Source of the DNA: Calditrichia bacterium
GTDB lineage: Bacteria > Calditrichota > Calditrichia > RBG-13-44-9 > J075
Length of the DNA stretch: 64,000 nt
Assembly (NCBI GenBank): GCA_050633245.1
Contig: JBOEGD010000007.1
Coordinates: 219,624-283,623, forward strand
Direction: 5' to 3'
Numbering within the stretch: position 1 is the first letter of the stretch; every line of letters begins with the position of its first letter. Shown one piece after another: positions 39,008 through 48,309 of the stretch. The position numbers and the translations under genes are program-made. Below the pieces are notes generated by a model. It had not been told where the DNA came from. It saw nothing but the letters and a program-made list of their open reading frames with translations, and did not search any database.

Positions 39008-40135
39008 TTAACTCGACGCTGCCTTTGGCAGCATGTCCACTATTTCTTCAGCTATTCGGCCAGCAGCACCGGGGCGAGCCAGTGTCTTCCAGGCTCTTCC
39101 CTGCTCTGTTCGCTTTTCTGATGACTCCAGAAGTGTGCTTAAGGCATCGAAAAGATGATCCGCCCATTTTTCACCTTCTTTAACCATTATTGCGGCACCG
39201 GCTTCTTCGACCATTTGGGAATTTAATTCCTGATGATTTCCTGCGGCGTATGGATAAGGCACCAAGATAGTCGACTTTCCGGCAATCGCGAGTTCGGCAA
39301 GGCTGCTTGCCCCTGCTCTGCAAACGATGACGTCTGCTGCAGCAAAAGCAGCTGCCATATTCTCAATATATGGCAGAACTAAAACGCGCTTGTCATTTAC
39401 CGTAAGCTTTGACTTAACCGCCTCGTATTCCCCGCTTCCAGTTTGCCAGATTACTTGAACCGTTTTATCTGCCAAAAGCTGCGGTAGTAAGGCATTAATA
39501 GCATTATTGATTGCACGTGATCCCTGACTGCCGCCAAATACAAACAGCGTGCGTTTATCAGCTTCCAGCTTCCAGTGTGCAATCGCCTCTTCGCGAGTGG
39601 TCTCACCCATTTTGCGAATTGGATTGCCGGTTATTACCAACTTCTGTCGATACGCATCGAAATGCTTCGCAGCCTGCTCGAAAGCAAGACAAATTTTCTG
39701 GGCATAACGCGCCAGAAGGCGCGTTGTTACACCCGGATGAGCATCCTGCTCCTGTATCAGCACCGGCACCCCCGTACGGGAAGCCATGTATAAAATAGGG
39801 CCGGTTACATAGCCGCCCATACCAATGGCAACTTCCGGCTTAAAATCGCGAACAATTTTCCAACTGCTAATCAAACTGCTTACCAGCTTGAATGGAAACA
39901 GCAGGTTCTTCATGGTAAAACTCCGGGTAAAACCGGAAATCCAGATTGTGCGCATCGGAAGATCATGCTTTGGCACAATCTGCGTTTCGATGCCGCCTAT
40001 GCCACCGACATAAAGGAACTGAAAATTGCCACGTTCTTTCAGCGCTTCAATTGTTGCCAGCGCTGGGTAAACGTGTCCACCAGTTCCACCACCGGCGACA
40101 AGAATGCGTCCTGTATGTTCCGTGTTATTCACCAT
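39008..40135 (-). CDS. murG: UDP-GlcNAc:lipid I N-acetylglucosaminyltransferase
   Basis: GGGTGGHVYPA, GGYV, QEQD, TGNPIR, GGSQGS, RAGASS and HQELN. Confidence 0.98.
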   Translation of the reverse strand: MVNNTEHTGRILVAGGGTGGHVYPALATIEALKERGNFQFLYVGGIGGIETQIVPKHDLPMRTIWISGFTRSFTMKNLLFPFKLVSSLISSWKIVRDFKPEVAIGMGGYVTGPILYMASRTGVPVLIQEQDAHPGVTTRLLARYAQKICLAFEQAAKHFDAYRQKLVITGNPIRKMGETTREEAIAHWKLEADKRTLFVFGGSQGSRAINNAINALLPQLLADKTVQVIWQTGSGEYEAVKSKLTVNDKRVLVLPYIENMAAAFAAADVIVCRAGASSLAELAIAGKSTILVPYPYAAGNHQELNSQMVEEAGAAIMVKEGEKWADHLFDALSTLLESSEKRTEQGRAWKTLARPGAAGRIAEEIVDMLPKAASS

Positions 40136-40141
40136 AAATCC

Positions 40142-41353
40142 TTAAGCTGTACGACGTTTCTGACTCGTCTTTGCTCTTCCCTTTGTCGTCTTCGCCTTGC
40201 GTAGCGGCGGCTTTGTTGGACGATTCTTTTGCAAATTGTAACCTTTAACCTGTTTTTTGCCCAGCGTATCATTTGCAATGCGCATCAGCAAACCGGCATA
40301 CATGCAGGAGAACAAGAGTGCGGTTCCACCATAACTCACGAAGGGTAACGGTAGTCCGGTCGCTGGTAAAAGCTGCATGGTCACCATCATGTTCACCAGG
40401 GCATAGAGGGTAAAATGAGTTGTTAGACCTACCACCAGATAGAAATCAAATCTATTCTGCGTTCGCGAGGCGGTTTTGATGCCGCGTGCCAGGATAATCA
40501 GGAAGAGCGCAATTACCGCACAGGTTCCTAAAAAGCCAAGCTCTTCGCCGATGATTGCGAAAATAAAGTCTGTGTGTGCTTCAGGCAGAAAAAACATCTT
40601 CTGCGTACTGTGTGCAAAACCAACGCCGTTTATACCGCCGCTTCCAAAACTCACCAGCGATTGATATACCTGATATCCGCTTCCGCTTATATCATCTCCC
40701 GGTGAAAGGAATGACAGCATACGCTGCATTTTATACGGCGATATTATCACCGCGATTATCAGCATTGGTACAAAAGACAATCCTGTAAGTGCCAGATGCG
40801 ATAGTTTAACGGGCGAGACGAACAACATCGTCAGGCAAATAGAGATCAGCATAAATGCACTACTAAAGTCAGGCTGCATCAGCACGAGCAAGGCAAACAT
40901 TGCGATGTAAAACAGGTGCGGAAACAAGCCTTCAGAATAACTGTTCAAATAGCGCTCTTTGCGACTCAGCGAATCAGCAAAGAAGAAAATCAGCGTAAAT
41001 TTTGCCACGTCCACAGCCTGGAAATGAATAAAGCCCCAGTGAATCCAGCGTCCGCGTTCGATAAAAGCTGCGTAAAAAAGCAGTGCAAGGCTCAGCATTA
41101 AGAAATACCAGGTATACCCATAGAACTTGCGATACGGCAGGGCATACATAATTGTCATTCCGGCAAGACCAACGATGAGGTACATCAGATGGCGCTTCAG
41201 GAAAAACAGGTGGTCGCCCCAGTATTGTCGCGCATAGAAAGCACTTGAGCTGTAAACCATAATGATTCCCAGCACAATCAGCAGGAAGAACGATACGACC
41301 AGCCATTTGTCTATATAGTGCTTTTTCACAGATTTTGCTCCAGCTCTAAACAA
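40142..41353 (-). CDS. ftsW: SEDS peptidoglycan polymerase FtsW
   Basis: Polytopic membrane protein with MVYSSS, QPDFS, GYQ, LPEAHTDFIFAIIGEELG and TGLPLPFVSYGG. Confidence 0.97.
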   Translation of the reverse strand: MFRAGAKSVKKHYIDKWLVVSFFLLIVLGIIMVYSSSAFYARQYWGDHLFFLKRHLMYLIVGLAGMTIMYALPYRKFYGYTWYFLMLSLALLFYAAFIERGRWIHWGFIHFQAVDVAKFTLIFFFADSLSRKERYLNSYSEGLFPHLFYIAMFALLVLMQPDFSSAFMLISICLTMLFVSPVKLSHLALTGLSFVPMLIIAVIISPYKMQRMLSFLSPGDDISGSGYQVYQSLVSFGSGGINGVGFAHSTQKMFFLPEAHTDFIFAIIGEELGFLGTCAVIALFLIILARGIKTASRTQNRFDFYLVVGLTTHFTLYALVNMMVTMQLLPATGLPLPFVSYGGTALLFSCMYAGLLMRIANDTLGKKQVKGYNLQKNRPTKPPLRKAKTTKGRAKTSQKRRTA

Positions 41354-41390
41354 GAATTAATTAACGTATAAACGTCTATTTCTATTACGA

Positions 41391-42500
41391 TTACCGAACT
41401 TTAAATAGTGCAAGACTGAGAAGCGCTAAAAGCACGCCTACAATCCAAAAGCGCACAACGACCTTCGCTTCCGGCCAGCCTTTTAACTCAAAGTGATGAT
41501 GAAGTGGTGCCATCTTAAATATCCGTCTTCCCTCTCCGAATTTTTTTCGGGTATATTTGAAGTAAGACGTTTGCATAATCACGCTGATTGTCTCGGCGAC
41601 AAAAACTCCGCCAATCAGTATGAGAAATATTTCCTTCTTCACCAGAATGGCGCATGCTCCAAGCGTACTTCCCAAAGCGAGTGAGCCCGTATCTCCCATA
41701 AAAACCTGCGCCGGATAACTGTTATACCAGAGAAACCCCATTGCCGCGCCTACAATTGCCAGACAGTAAACGGCCAGCTCTCCACTTCCCGGTAAAAAAA
41801 CGATATTCAGATAGTCGCTAAACTTATAGTGCCCGGTTACATAACTTATTCCCGCGAAGGCCAACATGGCAATAGCCATCAAACCAGTCGCCAGTCCATC
41901 AAGGCCATCCGTTAGGTTAACCGCATTTGAAGAGGCCGTTAACACAAAAATGACCAGCGGGATATAGAAAATGCCAAATTGAATTTCATAATTTTTCAGA
42001 AAGGGAAGGCTGGTATTCGCGTTCAGCCCCTGAGCAATAAAGGCATCATTAAAGTAAATCGAGCAGCCCAGAATAAGTCCCAAGGTAAACTGACCAACAA
42101 TTTTGTATCGTCCAATAAGGCCACGCTTCATCTTCTTAACAACTTTCAGGTAATCATCGAGAAATCCAACGACGCCCATCCAAAGAGTACAAAGCAACAG
42201 CATCTGTACGTAGAAGTTATCGAGCTTGGCCCACATCATAACAGAAATCGTTACCGAGCCAAGGATAATGAGCCCGCCCATAGTTGGGGTGCCCTTTTTA
42301 GCAAGATGAGATTCAGGACCATCGAGACGGATTGTTTCACCAAGCTGATGTCGCCTTAGCAGATTGATAACACGTGGACCAATAACCAGGCAGAGGAAAA
42401 GCGAGGTAATGGCCGCAAGAGCAGCACGAACGGTGATATAACGAAAAACGTTAAACCCGAAGAAGAAATCCTTAAACTCAAATAAAAAATCTGCCAGCAT
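41391..42500 (-). CDS. mraY: Phospho-N-acetylmuramoyl-pentapeptide transferase
   Basis: KKGTPTMGG, GFLDDYLK, SNAVNLTDGLDGLA, FMGDTGSLALG and MAPLHHHFE. Confidence 0.99.
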   Translation of the reverse strand: MLADFLFEFKDFFFGFNVFRYITVRAALAAITSLFLCLVIGPRVINLLRRHQLGETIRLDGPESHLAKKGTPTMGGLIILGSVTISVMMWAKLDNFYVQMLLLCTLWMGVVGFLDDYLKVVKKMKRGLIGRYKIVGQFTLGLILGCSIYFNDAFIAQGLNANTSLPFLKNYEIQFGIFYIPLVIFVLTASSNAVNLTDGLDGLATGLMAIAMLAFAGISYVTGHYKFSDYLNIVFLPGSGELAVYCLAIVGAAMGFLWYNSYPAQVFMGDTGSLALGSTLGACAILVKKEIFLILIGGVFVAETISVIMQTSYFKYTRKKFGEGRRIFKMAPLHHHFELKGWPEAKVVVRFWIVGVLLALLSLALFKVR

Positions 42501-42520
42501 CCTCTAAATCCTTCCGGTTA

Positions 42521-43912
42521 CTACCGCCCGGTTGCCGCAACATCCATGTGGCTTAATACGGTCTCCATACGCATCCCGCGTGACCCTTTTAGTAACACAA
42601 TGTCGCCTTTCTGCAGATAGTCTTGCAGGTGATCGGCTATTGCTTCATGTGAACTATACCAGTTGCATTCAGTCTGATCCGCGTTTCCGCGAATCTCACT
42701 CAGCGCGGCTTTGCTTGCCGGGCCATACAACAAGACTAAATCTAACTGTTCATCAACAGCAAGCCGTCCCATGGCCTGATGTTCTTCCATCTCAAAATCT
42801 CCAAGTTCCAGCATATCTCCCATTACCAGAACTGCCCGACCACCCTTTTCCTTCATTGCAGCGAGATACCGTATTGCCGCTGCCATCGAGTCGGGATTCG
42901 CGTTATAAGCATCATTTAAATAAAGAATGCCATCGCGGCGAAAGTATTCCATACGCTTTCCCGTTGGGCGAAACGCTTCCAAAGCTTTTTTAATCTGTTC
43001 TACCGACAAACCGGCATTTAAACCCACCGCAGCAGCAAACAGCGCATTCATCAATTGGTGCTCACCGGGAATTGCCAGCTTAATATTCGTTTCACCGTTT
43101 AGAAGGAACGTTGCACAACCAAGATCATCCAGTTCTGCCAACATGCCCCATACCTCACAGTCTGCCGTTAAACCAACACGGATAGACCTGGCAGCTTTTC
43201 CCTTATAATTGCGTAACCGTTCATCTTCCATATTTATGAAGATGGTTCCGGATTCAACGGCGTCTAAAAGCGCCGTTTTTTCTTCATAAATTGCATCAAG
43301 ACCATCAAAGAAGCCGACATGACCTTTACCAACGTTCGTGACTAATGCATCATCCGGTTTCGCCAATGAGGCTAAGAGACCTATCTCACCCGGATGATTG
43401 GTTCCCATTTCCAAAATTGCAAATTTTGAATCAAAATCGAGATCCAACAGCATCAGAGGCAGACCGATATGATTATTTTTATTCCCCTCGCTACGAAAAA
43501 CAGAAAACCCTTCTGCCAAAACGGCCGCAATCATTTCACGAGTGGTTGTCTTTCCGTTTGAGCCGGTAACACCGATCACCTGTCCACCATAAAAACCGCG
43601 GTGCCAGGCCGCCAACTGCTGCAAAAAGTCCAGCGTATTATCTACTGCAACAACATCCCCCTCGAGTGGATGAGCGGCCAGCCAATCATGCTGAACAACC
43701 ACTGCACCTGCCTCTTTTTCCAGAGCAGTAGCGGCATAATCATGTCCATCATGATTCTCACCTTTTATTGCGATAAACAAGTCACCAGCCGCAATCGTCC
43801 GGCTGTCTATCGACAGCGGAAGATAGCCCGTTTCAGGGCTGCTCAGCTTTGCCTGACAGGGATAACCGTTCAGGAAATCGATCAGTGCGCGATGGTGACT
43901 ATTTGTTTTCAC
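42521..43912 (-). CDS. murF: UDP-MurNAc-tripeptide--D-Ala-D-Ala ligase
   Basis: SIDSR, DGHDY, TGSNGKTTT, GNKNNHIGLP, EMGTNHPGEI, NDAYNANPDSM, GDMLELG and KGSRGMRME (MurF-type motifs). 463 aa, single ligase. Confidence 0.96.
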   Translation of the reverse strand: MKTNSHHRALIDFLNGYPCQAKLSSPETGYLPLSIDSRTIAAGDLFIAIKGENHDGHDYAATALEKEAGAVVVQHDWLAAHPLEGDVVAVDNTLDFLQQLAAWHRGFYGGQVIGVTGSNGKTTTREMIAAVLAEGFSVFRSEGNKNNHIGLPLMLLDLDFDSKFAILEMGTNHPGEIGLLASLAKPDDALVTNVGKGHVGFFDGLDAIYEEKTALLDAVESGTIFINMEDERLRNYKGKAARSIRVGLTADCEVWGMLAELDDLGCATFLLNGETNIKLAIPGEHQLMNALFAAAVGLNAGLSVEQIKKALEAFRPTGKRMEYFRRDGILYLNDAYNANPDSMAAAIRYLAAMKEKGGRAVLVMGDMLELGDFEMEEHQAMGRLAVDEQLDLVLLYGPASKAALSEIRGNADQTECNWYSSHEAIADHLQDYLQKGDIVLLKGSRGMRMETVLSHMDVAATGR

Positions 43913-43939
43913 TAAATTCTCTCTACTTAAAAACTCTTG

Positions 43940-46069
43940 TTATGGTTTACAAAACAACATGACTTCAGCATTTCCGGCCAGCTTGCGACCAGGAGCCGGC
44001 GTTTGCTTCTGAACAATTCCATTTCCTTCAACGGAAACAGATACATCCCATTGTCCCAGCACCTGCAATGCTTCCTTCAAACTCAGGCCGGTCAGCTTCG
44101 GCATATTTTCCTCTGCATGCAGACGTTCCGTCCAAAGCTGCACATCCTCAACTTCTGTCAAATCGGTATAGGCTGCCGGGTGCTGTCTTACAACCATATC
44201 CCCTTCCCCAACTACCTGATATGATAGCCCCTTCAATGCAATAGAATGACCGGCATCAGTAACGCTTAGCCCTTCTACAGCAGGCAAATAATTCTTGATT
44301 CGCGGCAGATCTGTGCTCGCCAGTTGCGTTTGAAATGGTCTGAGGTCTTCACCGGGCAAACCGGCAATACGACGAGCTATTCGTTTGAATGCTGGTGCAG
44401 CAACCTGACTTCCATAGTAGCCATTACGTGGGTTATTGATCACTATCATCATAACAAACCGCGGCTCTTCTGCGGGAAAGAAGCCGACAAATGAGCCGAC
44501 ATGACTGCTGGACGAGTACGTTTTTGTAAGCGAGCTAATTTTCTGAGCCGTTCCGGTTTTACCTGCGATCGAAAAGTCTGCCAGCTTGGCTGTTTGACCG
44601 GTTCCGCGCTCAACAGCGCGCGTTAGAACCTTTCTGACACGTCCGGCAGTTTCGCTCGAAATAACCTGACGCAAAACCTGAGGGCTATTAGCAGCAACAA
44701 CCTCACCACGTTCGTTCAACACGCGTTTCATTACATAAGGCTGAAGCAGCATTCCACCATTTGCAATGGCCGCATACGCGGAGACAACCTGTAGCGGTGT
44801 AACCGCAACTTCGTAACCAATACTCATATAATAAATAGAGCCTTTTGAGTAATTTCCCGGCTGATGCAGGATTCCCGGAGACTCTGCGGGTAGATCGATA
44901 CCGCTGCGCGCGCCGAAACCGAAGTCACGGGAATAGCGATAGAAATCCTGCTTATCAAATTTGTCTGCCAGCTTTATCACACCGATATTACTTGATTGCT
45001 CGAACACCTGACTGGCAGAGAGATACTTAAATTTCTTGTGATCGCGAATCACCTTGTTTACCAGCTTAAAGCTACCGTTCTCACAATAAACCAGCTCGTT
45101 GTCAATATCGAGCTCCAGCTGCTCGAGCAGAAGCGTCATGGCAACCATCTTATAGGTAGAGCCTGGCTCATATGGGTCGGTAATCACGCGATTGCGGAAG
45201 TTAGCCAGCTTATAGTTGCCGTATTGGTTCGGGTTAAATCCAGGATAATTCGCCATACCAAGCACTTCACCGGTATGAGGATTAAGCAGCACGGCCGTGC
45301 CGTTTTTCGCTTTGTGTTCCTTAACAGCGTTCTGCAATTCTTCTTCAAGAATTCCCTGATAAACCATATCAATAGTCGTTTCGACGGTCAGACCATTTTG
45401 CGGCTCCACGGTAGGGAAATTGATATTCGGGAATTGATTCCCGAGTGCATCACGTAAATAAATGGACCAGCCAGACTGTCCGGATAGCAGCTTGTCATAC
45501 TGTAGCTCCAAGCCGCCTTTGGCATAGTTTTCATAGTCGCAATAACCAACCAGCTGCGCAGCTTGCTGTCCGTACGGGTAATAGCGGCTGAACTTTTTCT
45601 CCAGCTGAAGCCCCGGCAGTTTCAATGACCGGAGCTTTTCTGCCTGCTCCAGACTAACGCGTTTGTTTAAATAGACAAAGGGTTTACCGGCCGGCATCTT
45701 TTTAAGGAGGGATCGGGTTGGGACCTTTAATATCTCGGCAATACGTTTAGCTGCAGCCTGGCGATCATCCAACTGACCGGGACGAACAGCTAAAGTAAAC
45801 TGCACTAAATCAACAGCAATTGGTTGATTATTGCGATCAACAATAGAACCACGCATACCGGGCAGTTCGCGTCGATTTTCCAAATGCCCACGCGCGATAC
45901 TGCGATAGTGATCATGACGTACGATCTGTACGTAGATTAACCGCCCAATTATGGCGGCGAATCCCAGCAACCAGATTAGAGTCAGAATACCGAGTCTATT
46001 CTGAATACCCTGCTCTAAGGGGTTCTTGCTGAAGATCTTGCTTTTTTTCTTGCTGGTCTTTCTGAACAT
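43940..46069 (-). CDS. ftsI: Class B penicillin-binding protein FtsI with two PASTA domains
   Basis: TM, RGSIVDRN, GLELQYD, catalytic EPGSTYK, SSN and KTGTAQ, then C-terminal PASTA repeats. Start uncertain (46069 or 46078). Confidence 0.95.
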   Translation of the reverse strand: MFRKTSKKKSKIFSKNPLEQGIQNRLGILTLIWLLGFAAIIGRLIYVQIVRHDHYRSIARGHLENRRELPGMRGSIVDRNNQPIAVDLVQFTLAVRPGQLDDRQAAAKRIAEILKVPTRSLLKKMPAGKPFVYLNKRVSLEQAEKLRSLKLPGLQLEKKFSRYYPYGQQAAQLVGYCDYENYAKGGLELQYDKLLSGQSGWSIYLRDALGNQFPNINFPTVEPQNGLTVETTIDMVYQGILEEELQNAVKEHKAKNGTAVLLNPHTGEVLGMANYPGFNPNQYGNYKLANFRNRVITDPYEPGSTYKMVAMTLLLEQLELDIDNELVYCENGSFKLVNKVIRDHKKFKYLSASQVFEQSSNIGVIKLADKFDKQDFYRYSRDFGFGARSGIDLPAESPGILHQPGNYSKGSIYYMSIGYEVAVTPLQVVSAYAAIANGGMLLQPYVMKRVLNERGEVVAANSPQVLRQVISSETAGRVRKVLTRAVERGTGQTAKLADFSIAGKTGTAQKISSLTKTYSSSSHVGSFVGFFPAEEPRFVMMIVINNPRNGYYGSQVAAPAFKRIARRIAGLPGEDLRPFQTQLASTDLPRIKNYLPAVEGLSVTDAGHSIALKGLSYQVVGEGDMVVRQHPAAYTDLTEVEDVQLWTERLHAEENMPKLTGLSLKEALQVLGQWDVSVSVEGNGIVQKQTPAPGRKLAGNAEVMLFCKP

Positions 46070-46556
46070 AATAGTCAAACGCCTTCTGGTCTACCCTGAG
46101 CACGGAACGATTTCTTGCGGCATCCAGCCCGAGCCGCTCACGTGTCACCTTCAGGATGCGTTGATTGTTCTTCAACCTGGTATTAATATTGGCTTTCAGT
46201 CTACTATTCTCGCTTTGAAGGCGAAGAATTTTATCCTGAAGCACCTTGGTTTCTTTTACTGTTTCGGTAACCTTATACTCTTTCCATTGGTAGACCAGAA
46301 ATAATCCGGCCACTACCATAATTGCGGCAAAAATGGTTGTTATAACAGTCGCACCATAAAGCGTATTGCGCACGCCTTTGCGGAACTGTAGCTTGGCAAC
46401 TTCTGCCCGGGTTTGCTTTTTCTTGCGTTTCCGGGAAGCAGCTCTTGCTTTCGTCGTCGCAGAAGCAGCCTTGGAAGGATTGCCCTTCGCCGCGCTTTTA
46501 CGCTTAGCGGGCGCCTTCTTTGCCGTTTTTTTTCTGTTCTGATGCTGCAGAGCCAT
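45996..46556 (-). CDS. ftsL: FtsL-like bitopic coiled-coil divisome protein with a long basic N-terminus
   Basis: Lies between rsmH and ftsI. One TM followed by coiled coil LQDKILRLQSENSRLK and RERLGL. Confidence 0.75.
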   Translation of the reverse strand: MALQHQNRKKTAKKAPAKRKSAAKGNPSKAASATTKARAASRKRKKKQTRAEVAKLQFRKGVRNTLYGATVITTIFAAIMVVAGLFLVYQWKEYKVTETVKETKVLQDKILRLQSENSRLKANINTRLKNNQRILKVTRERLGLDAARNRSVLRVDQKAFDYYVQKDQQEKKQDLQQEPLRAGYSE

Positions 46557-47503
46557 TAGTAATCCAGTTCTTTATATGCCGTCAACTTCTTTGCAACCCG
46601 CATTCGGGCACTTCGGGAACGCGGGTTTTCTGCTACCTCTGCCTCACTGGCAACAACACCGCGTTCGAGTATCTTTACTTCTTTTTCCTTGTCGCAGCGA
46701 CACACAGGAAACTCTTGTGGACAAATACAGTCGCGCTGTTTTTCCTGCAAAAATCGTTTTACAATTCTATCTTCTAATGAATGGTAGCTTATTACAACCA
46801 ATCGCCCATCCTGCTTCAAAGAATCAAACGCCTGCTGTAGCGCTTTTTCCAATCTTTCCAGCTCACGGTTCACTTCAATTCGAAGCGCCTGAAAAACACG
46901 AGCAAGTGACTTATTCAAAAAGCGCTCGCCGGTAATTCGCCTTACCACATCGACAAGCTGTGAACTACGCGTAAAGGCCTCAACCTGACGCACAGCAACA
47001 ATATCTCGTGCAATCGCCCGCCAGTGACGTTCTTCTCCGTAACTGCGTATGATCCGCGCCAGCTCATCCTGCGAATAGTCATTCAGAATGTCTTCTGCCG
47101 TTAGACGTTGCCGCTGATCGAAGCGCATATCGAGCGGCCCATCTACGCGAAACGTAAAACCGCGTGAGGCCTCATCGATTTGGTACGACGATATCCCGAG
47201 ATCGAAGAACACACCGTCGACCGGGATCTGCATAAGCTCGTAGAGCACAACGTCCAGTTGATCGTAGAAGACCTGTCTGGCGTCAAAATTATCAAAGCGC
47301 TTTAACCGTTCGGTGGCGTAGGCTATTGCGTCTGCATCTGCATCGATGCCTATAACCCGGCCGCTGGTCCCCAGCGCGTCTAAAAATCGTTCGGTATGTC
47401 CGCCACCGCCAAGGGTGCAGTCGACATAGATACCTGATTCATTTTTTAAAAGGTGTGCAACACTCTCTTCCGGTAATACCGGGGCATGGTATTGACTGCT
47501 CAT
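46556..47503 (-). CDS. rsmH: 16S rRNA m4C1402 methyltransferase
   Basis: HAPVL, DCTLGGGGH, DLGISS, GPLDMR, FQALRIEVN, SYHSLEDRIVK and NPRSRSA. Confidence 0.99.
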   Translation of the reverse strand: MSSQYHAPVLPEESVAHLLKNESGIYVDCTLGGGGHTERFLDALGTSGRVIGIDADADAIAYATERLKRFDNFDARQVFYDQLDVVLYELMQIPVDGVFFDLGISSYQIDEASRGFTFRVDGPLDMRFDQRQRLTAEDILNDYSQDELARIIRSYGEERHWRAIARDIVAVRQVEAFTRSSQLVDVVRRITGERFLNKSLARVFQALRIEVNRELERLEKALQQAFDSLKQDGRLVVISYHSLEDRIVKRFLQEKQRDCICPQEFPVCRCDKEKEVKILERGVVASEAEVAENPRSRSARMRVAKKLTAYKELDY

Positions 47504-47539
47504 GGCCTGTTCCTTTCAACTGACTCCGGCGCATGCGCG

Positions 47540-47980
47540 CTAGATATCCAGATCCAGGGAGATGCGCTGAAACTCTGCTTCTGTTTTGCGCACATAGTCC
47601 TCATAGCGTGCCGGCTGCCAAAGCTCAATCTTTTGCTCGTAACCAACAACAAGAACTTCTCCTTCGAGCCCGGCGTAATCGATAAGATTGGTCGTAAGGT
47701 TCAATCGTCCCTGCTTATCGATTCGTTGCTCAGAGGCCTGATACATTAAGCGGCGAGAAATGACGGCAAACTCACGGTCACTCGTCAAGCGCGATTTAAT
47801 CGCGGCAACCGTATCTTGCCAGGATTGCAGGGGATACATTGCGATACAGGTTTCGGATGCACGAACGAGAATAAGCGTATCCTCGTCTTCTTCCCGAAGA
47901 TTCTTGCGAAACTTCGCCGGGAAGTTGATCCGTCCTTTCGTATCCAATGTGCTTTTAAAACTGCCCCAGAACCCACTCAT
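47540..47980 (-). CDS. mraZ: Transcriptional regulator MraZ
   Basis: Two AbrB repeats (LDTKGRINFPAKFR; IDKQGRL) and KIELW. First gene of the dcw cluster. Confidence 0.97.
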   Translation of the reverse strand: MSGFWGSFKSTLDTKGRINFPAKFRKNLREEDEDTLILVRASETCIAMYPLQSWQDTVAAIKSRLTSDREFAVISRRLMYQASEQRIDKQGRLNLTTNLIDYAGLEGEVLVVGYEQKIELWQPARYEDYVRKTEAEFQRISLDLDI

Positions 47981-48002
47981 TAGGCCTCTTTTCACCCTTT
48001 AG

Positions 48003-48068
48003 ATGGAATAAAGTGGAATTTTCTCCACTCAACACCACCAATATCACAGCTTTTTATTTATAAATCAA
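48003..48068 (-). promoter_or_regulatory. dcw promoter with MraZ-binding repeats
   Basis: Minus strand TTGATT-N17-GATATT is followed by GTGGTG-N4-GTGGAG. Two more (A/G)TGGAA boxes lie on the opposite strand in the same 10-bp phase. Confidence 0.65.
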
Positions 48069-48233
48069 GAAGAAAAGTAAAAATTGAGGAATAACAATAC
48101 TTCTCAGCTGCTGTCAGGGTTCGCTTAAACTTATCCCTGAAAATGAGACAAAATTCCGGTATATCTACTTAAATCTCCGGCTGAAGTCTGAAAAGCCAAC
48201 AATTTTGGAAGGGTAATATGAGCGATGGAGGAC

Positions 48234-48272
48234 AAAAAAAGCCCGCCGGAATGAATTCCGGCGGGCAAAAAA
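48234..48272 (-). terminator. Rho-independent terminator after queA
   Basis: GCCCGCCGGAAT-nn-ATTCCGGCGGGC, a 12-bp stem followed by T7 on the minus strand. Confidence 0.9.
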
Positions 48273-48309
48273 CATTAGAGAGCCAGGCGCGAAATGAAAA
48301 ATCACATCG

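Noticed and set aside
38985-43939. murC/murD/murE hidden as fusions, pseudogene remnants or in other frames
   Set aside because: MurG (375 aa), FtsW (403 aa), MraY (369 aa) and MurF (463 aa) are normal single-enzyme lengths, spacers are under 40 bp, and the ORF track shows no second Mur-ligase P-loop.
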